Below the pieces are notes generated by a model, which saw only the letters and a program-made list of their open reading frames with translations, did no database searches and was not told the DNA's origin. A program made the translations under genes and the position numbers. A stretch of 64,000 nt of DNA from Chthoniobacterales bacterium (GTDB taxonomy: Bacteria > Verrucomicrobiota > Verrucomicrobiia > Chthoniobacterales > JACTMZ01): positions 7,722 to 71,721 of the forward strand of contig JBIJDZ010000001.1 of NCBI GenBank assembly GCA_044343805.1, given 5' to 3'. Shown here in pieces: positions 36,592 through 45,266 of this stretch (its first letter is position 1; every line of letters begins with the position of its first letter).

Positions 36592-37506
36592 TCAGAAAAG
36601 CTCCCCTTGGGAGGGAGTGGAAGTATTCGCCGCAATTTTCTCATACTCAGACAGCAAACTGCGGAATTCACAATCCCGTGCCAGATCAGCCACCGCAGTC
36701 GGATCGGGTTTGATCAAAAGCGCATCGATTGGCAACGGCAAAGGCAACCGCTCATCCAAGCGAACCAGCTCCATATTGTCGCGCAGACGCGCAATCGATG
36801 CGGCTATTTTGGAGCGCAAGTTGTCATTTTTGACAACTCCCGGATCGGATGTCAGCGAGGCCACACCGCCATGCTCAAGCACCAGTTTGGCCGCCGTTTT
36901 CGGCCCCACCCCGGCGAGTCCGGGTATGTTGTCCGCCGCATCGCCTGTGAGAGCGAGAACATCGGGTATCTTTTCAGGCGGCACCCCCCACTTGGCCTCG
37001 ACCTCCTCTGGGCCGAGCAGCGTGAAACCCTCCGGAGACCCGCCGTGGTCGGTTTTGTTGGTTGAATATATTGAGACCCCTGCGCGGACAATCGCGTAGA
37101 TGTCTTTGTCGTTGGTCGCAACAACCACCTCACCCACTCCCGAGCGCCGGGCTTCCGCGACATAAGACGCAATCAGATCATCCGCTTCGTGCCCCTCGAT
37201 CCTGACGTTGCTGACACCCAAGGCCGCGACCGCCTGCTCGATCACAGGGAATTGAACCGCAAGGTGTTCCGGGGTTTCCTCTCGCTGTTGTTTGTACGAG
37301 GGTAAAAGCTCCATTCGCCTCTTAGGCAAGCCCGCATCCCAGACCACCGCAGCTGCATCTGGCTTCAAGTCGCTCAGCATTTTCCGCAAGGCTTTCACAA
37401 AACCGAAGACCGCATTTGTCGGCTCACCACGGGAGTTAGTCAGACCATGGATCGCGAAAAACGAACGGTAGGCGTAGTAGTGACCGTCGATCAGAAGAAG
37501 TCTCAT
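36592..37506 (-). CDS. Stand-alone 5'-3' exonuclease (flap endonuclease, Pol I N-terminal-domain-like)
   Basis: MRLLLIDGHYYAYRSFFA…EADDLIA…TNDKD…LTGDAADNIPG.AGVGPKTA. There is no polymerase domain. Confidence 0.9.
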   Translation of the reverse strand: MRLLLIDGHYYAYRSFFAIHGLTNSRGEPTNAVFGFVKALRKMLSDLKPDAAAVVWDAGLPKRRMELLPSYKQQREETPEHLAVQFPVIEQAVAALGVSNVRIEGHEADDLIASYVAEARRSGVGEVVVATNDKDIYAIVRAGVSIYSTNKTDHGGSPEGFTLLGPEEVEAKWGVPPEKIPDVLALTGDAADNIPGLAGVGPKTAAKLVLEHGGVASLTSDPGVVKNDNLRSKIAASIARLRDNMELVRLDERLPLPLPIDALLIKPDPTAVADLARDCEFRSLLSEYEKIAANTSTPSQGELF

Positions 37507-37508
37507 GG

Positions 37509-38564
37509 TCAAACAATCTGAGGCCTCTGCCGTGAACCACGGAGCCATTGACCAGACAGGCGCATCGGACGCATGCCCTCAATATAGTAAGCGATAGCCG
37601 CCCGCCCTAAGGCGTAGGTTCCCGCCCCCGCCACGCCGCCGGAAATCATGTGTCCCCAAACCGGCAGGATCTTCACGGCGGCACGAGCCGTTTCTCGGAA
37701 AAGCAACCCGGCACCAAATCCAATACCCAGCGAGGCCGCAAACTCGCCGGCCAGTCGCAGAGAAAACTCCCGGCCGCTGGTGTAAATAATCAATGAAACC
37801 ATGAACACCTGTAGCGCGAGCAAAACAGGAAAATCGGCCAAGGGCAACGGATTCATTCCAATCACCCCGGCCACCGCACCGAAAGACTTGAGCACCGTGG
37901 CAGCCAAGCGGGCTTGTGCTTCCCGAGCCCCGAAGAAGCGGGCCATTTCAAGCTGAGCACCCGCCGGCACATAATCGCAAAGGCGATCTCCCAAGACTGC
38001 CACGGCACTCCGGGCAAATCCCTCCTCCACCCCTGCTCGTTCGAGCTTTGAGAAAAAAAGCACTGATTGCGCAACTCCTGCCGCCGAGAGTTCGCGCAGG
38101 ATGCACTCTCGATTGTCGGCCTTTCCGATTTCCAGAACCACCAGCCCAGCCGGACTGACCCCTTCGCCCGACACAGCATGAGCCAGCACATCGGAGGCAT
38201 GCTTCGCTGCATCAGTGCTGGTTCCTTCCTGGGCGACAAACAAATAAAGATCGACGGGCTCCCCAGCGATCTCACCGGGTCCCCGTAAATCGGCAAACTC
38301 CGCCATGCCTGCTCCCCGCGCCGCGGTCCATGAGCCTCGCGCCAAGGGTGCGTGCAATACAGCCATGCCGGCCAAAGCATTGACTAACGCCGGCAGACCC
38401 ACGCCCAGATCGCCAAGCACGGCGATGCGAGGTGCGCGCTGTTGCAGAAAGATTTCTTTGATCGGATCCAACTCCCGCAAAATCGGCTCCTGCAACGAGC
38501 CGGGAAGCTTGCCGAGCAATGCGGCCAGCTTCTCATAAGTGGCGAGCAAAGCAGGACGACTCAT
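37509..38564 (-). CDS. Hypothetical protein with a GTPase-like N-terminal region and a DUF697-like membrane C-terminus
   Basis: The N-terminal region resembles a degenerate P-loop (IAVLGDLGVGLPALVNAL). Two C-terminal hydrophobic helices resemble the YcjF/DUF697 arrangement. This is a weak assignment. Confidence 0.4.
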   Translation of the reverse strand: MSRPALLATYEKLAALLGKLPGSLQEPILRELDPIKEIFLQQRAPRIAVLGDLGVGLPALVNALAGMAVLHAPLARGSWTAARGAGMAEFADLRGPGEIAGEPVDLYLFVAQEGTSTDAAKHASDVLAHAVSGEGVSPAGLVVLEIGKADNRECILRELSAAGVAQSVLFFSKLERAGVEEGFARSAVAVLGDRLCDYVPAGAQLEMARFFGAREAQARLAATVLKSFGAVAGVIGMNPLPLADFPVLLALQVFMVSLIIYTSGREFSLRLAGEFAASLGIGFGAGLLFRETARAAVKILPVWGHMISGGVAGAGTYALGRAAIAYYIEGMRPMRLSGQWLRGSRQRPQIV

Positions 38565-39040
38565 ATGAGGGCGGGTATCAGCAACTTAACATGCTCCGAT
38601 GGCGCCACTTTGCGCAGGATTTGATCGATGCGACCATCCCGCCCGATGACAAATGTGGTTCTCTCCGTGCCCATGTATTTTTTTCCGTACATACTTTTTT
38701 CCACCCATACACCGTAAGCTTTCACCATGTGATGTTGAGAATCGGACAACAAAGCAAAGGGAAGGTGGTATTTTTCAATGAACTTCGAGTGCGATGCGGG
38801 ATCGTCAACACTCACACCGAAGATGGTCGCATTGCTTGTGGTTATCTCCGACCAGGCATCGCGGATTCCGCAGGCCTGCTTCGTGCACCCTGGGGTATCG
38901 TCCTTGGGGTAAAAATAAAGAACCAGCCGCTCGCCACGAAAGTCGGATAATTTTATTTTTGTCCCCGACCCGTATTCTGCCCCGACCGCCATCGCCTCGA
39001 AATCGGGGGCCGGATCCCCAGTGCGCAGTTGATTGACCAT
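38561..39040 (-). CDS. bcp: Thioredoxin-dependent thiol peroxidase (Bcp-type peroxiredoxin)
   Basis: LVLYFYPKDDTPGCTKQAC active-site motif. Confidence 0.9.
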   Translation of the reverse strand: MVNQLRTGDPAPDFEAMAVGAEYGSGTKIKLSDFRGERLVLYFYPKDDTPGCTKQACGIRDAWSEITTSNATIFGVSVDDPASHSKFIEKYHLPFALLSDSQHHMVKAYGVWVEKSMYGKKYMGTERTTFVIGRDGRIDQILRKVAPSEHVKLLIPALI

Positions 39041-39051
39041 AAACTAAAGGA

Positions 39052-42000
39052 TCAGTTGACCAGAAGATCGTGTAATTTGGCGCGCAATCTCTCCTCGTTA
39101 CCGACCTTGAACTGCTCGCCAGTATGCACCCGACGGGTGCGTCCGTCCCGGGCGACAAACTCGAGCACCAGCGGACGCCTTCCGGGATAATCAAGGATAG
39201 CCGAACGCAAATCCTCCAGTTCCCTGCGACCCGTACGACCACAAGGCAATCGCAAAACCACAGGTTTTTCACAGCTTGGAGCCGTCGGCACAGACTTCAT
39301 CTCCGTCGCCGTCACCGCCGGCTTGTCATCACGCTTGTCAAGGCGACCCGTCACCTGCACCACCTTGCCGGGAACAAGCTGGGCCGCATATTTTTCGAAG
39401 GCCTCGCTCCATACACGCACCTCGAGCTTGCCGGTGAAATCCTCAAGCGTCAGGAATGCACATGGTTTTCCGGTGGACTTGGTAAATTTCTTTTCCACGG
39501 CGTTGAGGAGTCCCGCTACGGTCACCGTGGCCCGGTCATCCATCTCCTCCAAGGCCGAGACCGGGGTGAACATAGAGTTGTCCAGCGATTCCCGGTAAGG
39601 ATCGAGCGGATGGCCAGTGACATAAAAGCCAAGCAGCTCTTTTTCAAAGGAAAGCAACTCAGGTTCACTGAAAGGCTGCGCACGACGACGCCCTCCGGCT
39701 TTGGCTGTTGAAGGCAATGTCTCTTCGCCAAAAAGACTTTGCTGTCCCGCCGAGCGGTCTTTATGTCGCGCGGCGCTCGACGCCAGCACCGGTTCCAAAT
39801 CTTCGACCATCTGCGCGCGTTCCTCGCCGGTGAAATCAAAAGCTCCGCATTTGACCAGGCACTCCATCGCCTTGCGATTGACCGTCCGTGGGTCCATACG
39901 CGCGGCAAAATCCTCCATAGAAGCAAACATGCCATTGGCTTCACGCTCCGCCACCGCATCCGCCATGGCAGACTCTCCGACGTTTTTGATGCCGCTCAAA
40001 CCGAAACGGATCGCCATCGCATCATGGTACTCTTCTGGCGCAAATTTGAGCATGCTTTTGTTCAAATCAGGCGGCAAGAGATTCAGCCCCATCCGCTTGG
40101 TTTCATCGACATAAAATGAAATCTTGTCTGTATCGTTGACCTCGTTGCTCAACACCGCGCACATGAACTCGACGGGGTAATGCGCCTTGAGCCAGCACAT
40201 CCGGTAGCTGATCAGCGAATAGGCCGCGCTGTGGCTTTTGTTGAATCCGTAGTCGGCAAATTTTTCCAGCAAGTCGAAGATTTCCGTCGCCTTCTTTTCC
40301 GGTATCCCGTTGTGCTTTTTGCAGCCTGCGACGAAAACTTCCCGCTCCTTCGCCATCTTTTCCTTGTCTTTTTTGCCCATGGCACGCCGCAACAGGTCGG
40401 CTTGGCCGAGGCTGTAACCGGCCAGCAAATTGGCCGCCTGCTGCACTTGCTCCTGGTAAATCAGGATGCCGTATGTTTCTTTGGCGACTTTCTCCAGAAG
40501 TGGATGGTCGTAGTTGATTTTCATCTCGCCCTTCTTCCGCTTGATGTAATCGGGGATCAACGCCATCGGGCCGGGACGATACAGGGCGCAAAGTGCGTTC
40601 ATGTCATCCAAGCTGCTGAAACCGAAATTGCGGCAGTAGCGCGACATGCCACCTTCAAACTGGAATATACCGACCGTCTCGCCACGGTTGAGAACGTCGA
40701 AAGCCGCCTGATCATCCACCGGCACTTTCTCGATCGAAAAATCCGGAACCTTGCAACGGATCAACTCCTCGGCGTCCCGTATCACCGTGAGCGTTTTTAA
40801 GCCTAGGAAATCCATCTTAAGCATCCCCAGGTCCGTAAGAGGCTCCATGGAAAACTGCGTGACAACCTCGTTCTCCTTGCCGCGGCACAGCGGAACGATT
40901 TCCGACAGGTCGCGATCACCGATCACGACACCTGCTGCATGGATGCCCGCGTTGCGCGAGAGTCCCTCGAGAACCGTGGAGTAGCCCCAGAGCTGTTGCG
41001 TTCCCGGCTCGCTGCCGATCGCCTGACGCAACTCGGGGTTCTTCTCCTTGGCCGTAGCGAGGGTGATGTTCAACTCGTTGGGGATCATCTTGGCAATGCG
41101 GTCGCCGTCCCCGTAGCTGTAACCAAGCACCCGCGCCACGTCGCGAACCACACTCTTTGCCCCAAGCTGGTTGAAAGTCACGATCTGAGAAACGCAACGC
41201 TCGCCATATTTACGCCGCACATATTCGATCACTTCGCCGCGCCGCGCCTGGCAAAAGTCCACGTCGATATCGGGCGGGCTCACGCGCTCGGGATTGAGAA
41301 AACGCTCGAAGATCAGGCCGTAGCGGACCGGATCGAGATCGGTGATGCCGAGCACATACGCCACCATACTGCCGGCGGCGGAACCGCGTCCCGGACCGAC
41401 CGGAATACCCTGCTGCTTGGCGTAGTGAATAAAATCCCAGACGATGAGAAAGTAGCTGGTAAAACCAAGCTTCTCGAGCACGCCAAGCTCATATTCCAGC
41501 CGCTCGTGCAAATCCGGGCCGGCGCTGCCGCCGTAGCGACGGAGGAACCCCTCCTCGCACAGCTCGCGCAAATAGCCCTCGCGCGATTTCCCTTCGGGCG
41601 GATGAAAGACCGGAAAGCGCGACTTGCCGAACTCCATCGTCACGCTGCACCGATCGGCAATACGGACCGTGTTCGCCATCGACTCCGGGATTTCTCCGAA
41701 TATTTCCGCCATCTCAGCCGGCGTCTTCAAATAGAGCTCCGGCAGGTAACGCAGGCGGCGTTCGTCTTGCACGTTGGCTCCGGTGCCGATGCACACCATC
41801 ACGTCATGCGCCTCATGGTGGGATCGTTCGAGAAAATGCACGTCGTTGGCCGCGACCAATCCGAGCCCCAATTCTTTGCTCCAACGAATCAACTGGCTGT
41901 TGCACTCGCGCTGCGCATCCAATCCATGGTCGTGAATCTCCAGAAAAAAATTCTCTGGGCCGAAGATGTCGCGATATTGACCCACCAACTTCCGTCCACG

Positions 42001-42468
42001 TTCGGGGTCTCCCAATTGGATTGCGCTGTTGATTTCACCTTTCAGGCAACCGCTCAGACCGATCAACCCCTTGGCGTGCTGCGCCAGCAATTCTTTGTCC
42101 ACCCTTGGCTTGTAATAAAAGCCCTCGAGATGCGCCGCGCTCACCAACTTGATCAAATTCGCCCAGCCCTCATTCGTCTCCGCCAGCACGGTGAGATGAA
42201 ATGCTGCATCCTTGCCGGAGGAAGACTTCTTCTCGTGCATCGAGCCCGGCGCGATATAAAGCTCACACCCAAGGATCGGCCTGACCCCGGCTTTTTGTGC
42301 CTCTTTGTAAAATTCCACCGCGCCGTAAAGCACCCCGTGGTCTGTCATGCCGACAGCCTTCATCCCGGAGTCGAGGGTTTTGCGCATCAGGTCGGAGACG
42401 CGCACGGCACCATCCAGCATCGAATACTCGGTGTGGACATGAAGATGCACGAATTCCGGGACGGACAT
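39052..42468 (-). CDS. dnaE: DNA polymerase III alpha subunit
   Basis: PHP domain FVHLHVHTEYSMLDGA, polymerase core (PDIDVDF…, FNKSHSAAY) and an OB-fold C-terminus. 1138 aa. Confidence 0.95.
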   Translation of the reverse strand: MSVPEFVHLHVHTEYSMLDGAVRVSDLMRKTLDSGMKAVGMTDHGVLYGAVEFYKEAQKAGVRPILGCELYIAPGSMHEKKSSSGKDAAFHLTVLAETNEGWANLIKLVSAAHLEGFYYKPRVDKELLAQHAKGLIGLSGCLKGEINSAIQLGDPERGRKLVGQYRDIFGPENFFLEIHDHGLDAQRECNSQLIRWSKELGLGLVAANDVHFLERSHHEAHDVMVCIGTGANVQDERRLRYLPELYLKTPAEMAEIFGEIPESMANTVRIADRCSVTMEFGKSRFPVFHPPEGKSREGYLRELCEEGFLRRYGGSAGPDLHERLEYELGVLEKLGFTSYFLIVWDFIHYAKQQGIPVGPGRGSAAGSMVAYVLGITDLDPVRYGLIFERFLNPERVSPPDIDVDFCQARRGEVIEYVRRKYGERCVSQIVTFNQLGAKSVVRDVARVLGYSYGDGDRIAKMIPNELNITLATAKEKNPELRQAIGSEPGTQQLWGYSTVLEGLSRNAGIHAAGVVIGDRDLSEIVPLCRGKENEVVTQFSMEPLTDLGMLKMDFLGLKTLTVIRDAEELIRCKVPDFSIEKVPVDDQAAFDVLNRGETVGIFQFEGGMSRYCRNFGFSSLDDMNALCALYRPGPMALIPDYIKRKKGEMKINYDHPLLEKVAKETYGILIYQEQVQQAANLLAGYSLGQADLLRRAMGKKDKEKMAKEREVFVAGCKKHNGIPEKKATEIFDLLEKFADYGFNKSHSAAYSLISYRMCWLKAHYPVEFMCAVLSNEVNDTDKISFYVDETKRMGLNLLPPDLNKSMLKFAPEEYHDAMAIRFGLSGIKNVGESAMADAVAEREANGMFASMEDFAARMDPRTVNRKAMECLVKCGAFDFTGEERAQMVEDLEPVLASSAARHKDRSAGQQSLFGEETLPSTAKAGGRRRAQPFSEPELLSFEKELLGFYVTGHPLDPYRESLDNSMFTPVSALEEMDDRATVTVAGLLNAVEKKFTKSTGKPCAFLTLEDFTGKLEVRVWSEAFEKYAAQLVPGKVVQVTGRLDKRDDKPAVTATEMKSVPTAPSCEKPVVLRLPCGRTGRRELEDLRSAILDYPGRRPLVLEFVARDGRTRRVHTGEQFKVGNEERLRAKLHDLLVN

Positions 42469-42566
42469 GAGGCGAAGTTTAATTCGCCCGTTCGTGCTGG
42501 CAAGGGCGCGTCAGAGAATCTTTTTCCAGATCGCAAAAAAAATACCTCTCGCTAGGCTTTAAAACT

Positions 42567-43184
42567 ATGTCAGCTTCCGCAGAAAACGTGCTCGTTGTCC
42601 CCCGTTCAATTCTCGAAAACCTCGGTCTGTTTGCCGGCCTCTGCTTTGACCCCAATCGCTACGTTCCCGCCCTCTTGGATCCCGCCAATAATTTGTTTCT
42701 TCCCCGCTCAGCAGCCGAGAATGACCCCTCATACAAACAGCTTATTCCCTACTTGGTTATCCGTCATGCTGGTCGTGTCCTCTTTTACACGCGCGGCAAA
42801 TCGGGCGGCGAAGCCCGTCTGCACGCCAAGGGCTCGATCGGTATCGGCGGACATATCAACGATGGTGATAAGCATGCCGCACATTTCGACAAAACTGCCT
42901 ACAACCGGGCCGTCGAGCGGGAATTGCACGAAGAAATCGTAATCGCAGGCACTTACACCCAGAAAATTGCCGCCTTGCTCAACGACGATGCCACAGAAGT
43001 CGGGCGCGTTCACCTTGGCATCGTTCATGTCATCGACGTAAACACACCCGCAATCAGCCCGCGTGAGGATGCCATTTGTGATCTGGAGTTTCTCACCCCG
43101 GCGGAGCTCGTCCCGCGCCGAGATCGCTTGGAATCATGGTCACAGATTTGCCTCGGCGGGATGGACAAAATCCTCGCAGCCTGA
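42567..43184 (+). CDS. MutT/NUDIX-related phosphoesterase-like protein (COG4112-like)
   Basis: YKQLIPYLVIRHAGRVLFYTRGKSGGEARLHAKGSIGIGGHI…RELHEE resembles a NUDIX box. Confidence 0.6.
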   Translation: MSASAENVLVVPRSILENLGLFAGLCFDPNRYVPALLDPANNLFLPRSAAENDPSYKQLIPYLVIRHAGRVLFYTRGKSGGEARLHAKGSIGIGGHINDGDKHAAHFDKTAYNRAVERELHEEIVIAGTYTQKIAALLNDDATEVGRVHLGIVHVIDVNTPAISPREDAICDLEFLTPAELVPRRDRLESWSQICLGGMDKILAA

Positions 43185-43215
43185 GTGCTGCCGCCCCTTA
43201 ACCAGCAAGCAAGCT

Positions 43216-44535
43216 TTATGAGCCTTGCAAACCGCTGATTATGCTGATGAGCGGCAAGAACAGAGCGATAACAATTGTTCCGACCACGACCGCCAGAAAT
43301 ACGATCATGATGGGTTCAAGCAGCGAGGTTAAACCTGCCACGGTATTATCGACTTCGTCGTCGTAGACATCGGCGATTTTGAGCAACATCTCGGGCAGTT
43401 GACCTGTTTCCTCCCCTACGTCGATCATGCTGACGACCATCGGAGGAAAAATTCCACTCTTCTCAAGCGGGGCAACGATGGATTCGCCCTCCTTCACGCT
43501 GTCATGGATGTTTTGAATCGAATCGGAAAGCACCACGTTGCCAGCCGTATCGCGCGTAATGTTGAGCGCCTGCAAGATGGGTACGCCGCTGGTCACGAGA
43601 GTGCCAAGAGTTCTGCTGAACCGCGAAATGGCGCTTTTTTTGATCAAATCGCCGAAAAGAGGCATCCGCAGTGTCACGGTGTCAATAAAAGCACGTCCTT
43701 TCGGAACCTTCGACAACATGTTGTAAACTACGGCAAAAACCACCGCTCCGCCAATGATAAGCAGGATGTTTTCCTTAACGAAATTACTCGTACCGATGAC
43801 GAATTCTGTCAGTGCCGGCAGAGGCTTGCCACCTAGCATGTCGGCAAAAATTTGCTCAAACTTCGGCACGATGTAAACTAAAAGAAAAGCCATGATCGCA
43901 ATGGCGATGACCATCACAATCACCGGATAGAACATAGCCGATACGACCTTGTTTTTGAGCTTTTGCGCTTTTTCTTGGAAGTCAGCCAAGCGGACAAGAA
44001 CCAGCTCCATCACGCCGCCAAGCTCACCGGCTTTGACCATGTTGACGTAGAGCTTGTTGAAAATTTTCGGATGCTGACTGAGGGCGTCGGAAAATGTGCT
44101 GCCACCCTGCACTGTGTCGGCCAGCTTGCTGATTGTCTTGCGCAGCACCAGGTCGGGTTCTTGCTTGCCTAGAACGGTCAATCCTCGCAGCAGGGGCAGG
44201 CCGGAATCGATCAGCGTGGCCAACTGCCTCGTAAAAATCATCAATGTCTTGGGCTTGATTGTCTTTTTCTCGAGGAAGGAAATATTGAGGTTGATTTCTT
44301 TTTTGAGCCCACCCCCGCTGGCCGCGAATGGTGACTTTCCCGCCTTGGCTTTGCCTGACGATTTTGCCGCCTTATTCCCCTCGACTACGCTGGTCGGGAA
44401 ATAACCTTGTTGGCGTAATGTCTGAATCGCTTCCTGCTCGCTGCCGGCATCAATGGTGTCGCTGACTTGTTGCCCGCGGGCATCCAACGCTGTGTAAGTG
44501 AATTTAGGCATGTGGGGAAATTTGAATTCGACCAA
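43216..44535 (-). CDS. Type II secretion / type IV pilus platform protein (GspF/PilC family)
   Basis: Two GspF repeats (FTRQLATLIDSGLPLL… and FSRTLGTLVTSGVPIL…) and three transmembrane segments. Confidence 0.9.
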   Translation of the reverse strand: MVEFKFPHMPKFTYTALDARGQQVSDTIDAGSEQEAIQTLRQQGYFPTSVVEGNKAAKSSGKAKAGKSPFAASGGGLKKEINLNISFLEKKTIKPKTLMIFTRQLATLIDSGLPLLRGLTVLGKQEPDLVLRKTISKLADTVQGGSTFSDALSQHPKIFNKLYVNMVKAGELGGVMELVLVRLADFQEKAQKLKNKVVSAMFYPVIVMVIAIAIMAFLLVYIVPKFEQIFADMLGGKPLPALTEFVIGTSNFVKENILLIIGGAVVFAVVYNMLSKVPKGRAFIDTVTLRMPLFGDLIKKSAISRFSRTLGTLVTSGVPILQALNITRDTAGNVVLSDSIQNIHDSVKEGESIVAPLEKSGIFPPMVVSMIDVGEETGQLPEMLLKIADVYDDEVDNTVAGLTSLLEPIMIVFLAVVVGTIVIALFLPLISIISGLQGS

Positions 44536-44577
44536 TAGACTGCGGGTAAAGGAACTCCAAGACGAAAAACTTTCCTC

Positions 44578-45189
44578 TCACATGCGAAGAAACGGGTTTG
44601 TTGCTTTTTCTGCTCCTATCGTGGTTGATGGCCCATGCCCGGGAAGCACGACGGTCTCATCAGGCAGCGGCAGGACCTTCGTGCGGATTCCGTGCAACAG
44701 CAACTCGCCGTCTCCCCCCGGCAGATCCCAACGGCCAATGCCTCCTTTGAAAAGGACGTCGCCACCGACCAACAGCCCATCCTCCGGCAGATGAAAACAT
44801 AAGCTGCCCGGACAATGCCCGGGAACATCGAGAACGTGCACACCAAGACCAAGCAAGGTCTGGCCCTTGCCCTCTTGCAGAATCAGGTCGGGTAGGACCG
44901 CCTCGACGCGCAGAGGAAAACCATGCCGCTCGAAGAAGTCCTCCTCGGAAACCATCGGAACGGTGCCTGCATGGCAGGCCACCGAACAGCCGTGTCGCCG
45001 CTTGATAGCCGCAGCATCTGCCACGTGATCCCAGTGACCATGAGTAAGAACCAACAATCCGATTTTTTCGTCGGCAAAATGCCGGTCGGCCCCCTCTGGA
45101 GCGTCGAAAAGAATTGATCTATCCCCGGCCTCGACCAGAAAGCAGTTGGTTTCGTAAACGCCGCCTGTAAAAGTTTTGAACTTAAGCAT
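44578..45189 (-). CDS. MBL-fold metallo-hydrolase (glyoxalase II-like)
   Basis: LVLTHGHWDHV motif, then PGHCPGS. The start at 45189 is MLKFKTFTGGVYETNCFLV. Confidence 0.85.
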   Translation of the reverse strand: MLKFKTFTGGVYETNCFLVEAGDRSILFDAPEGADRHFADEKIGLLVLTHGHWDHVADAAAIKRRHGCSVACHAGTVPMVSEEDFFERHGFPLRVEAVLPDLILQEGKGQTLLGLGVHVLDVPGHCPGSLCFHLPEDGLLVGGDVLFKGGIGRWDLPGGDGELLLHGIRTKVLPLPDETVVLPGHGPSTTIGAEKATNPFLRM

Positions 45190-45266
45190 GGAGAAGATGT
45201 CTATTTTACTTTGCTCATTTTCCTTGCGCAACCCGACAGACACAGCGACCAGTTACTTTTTAAAGC

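Noticed and set aside
40939-42555. A 538-aa ORF on the + strand.
   Set aside because: It is antisense to dnaE, whose PHP and polymerase motifs are clear. The translation is Arg/Leu/His-rich without any family signature.
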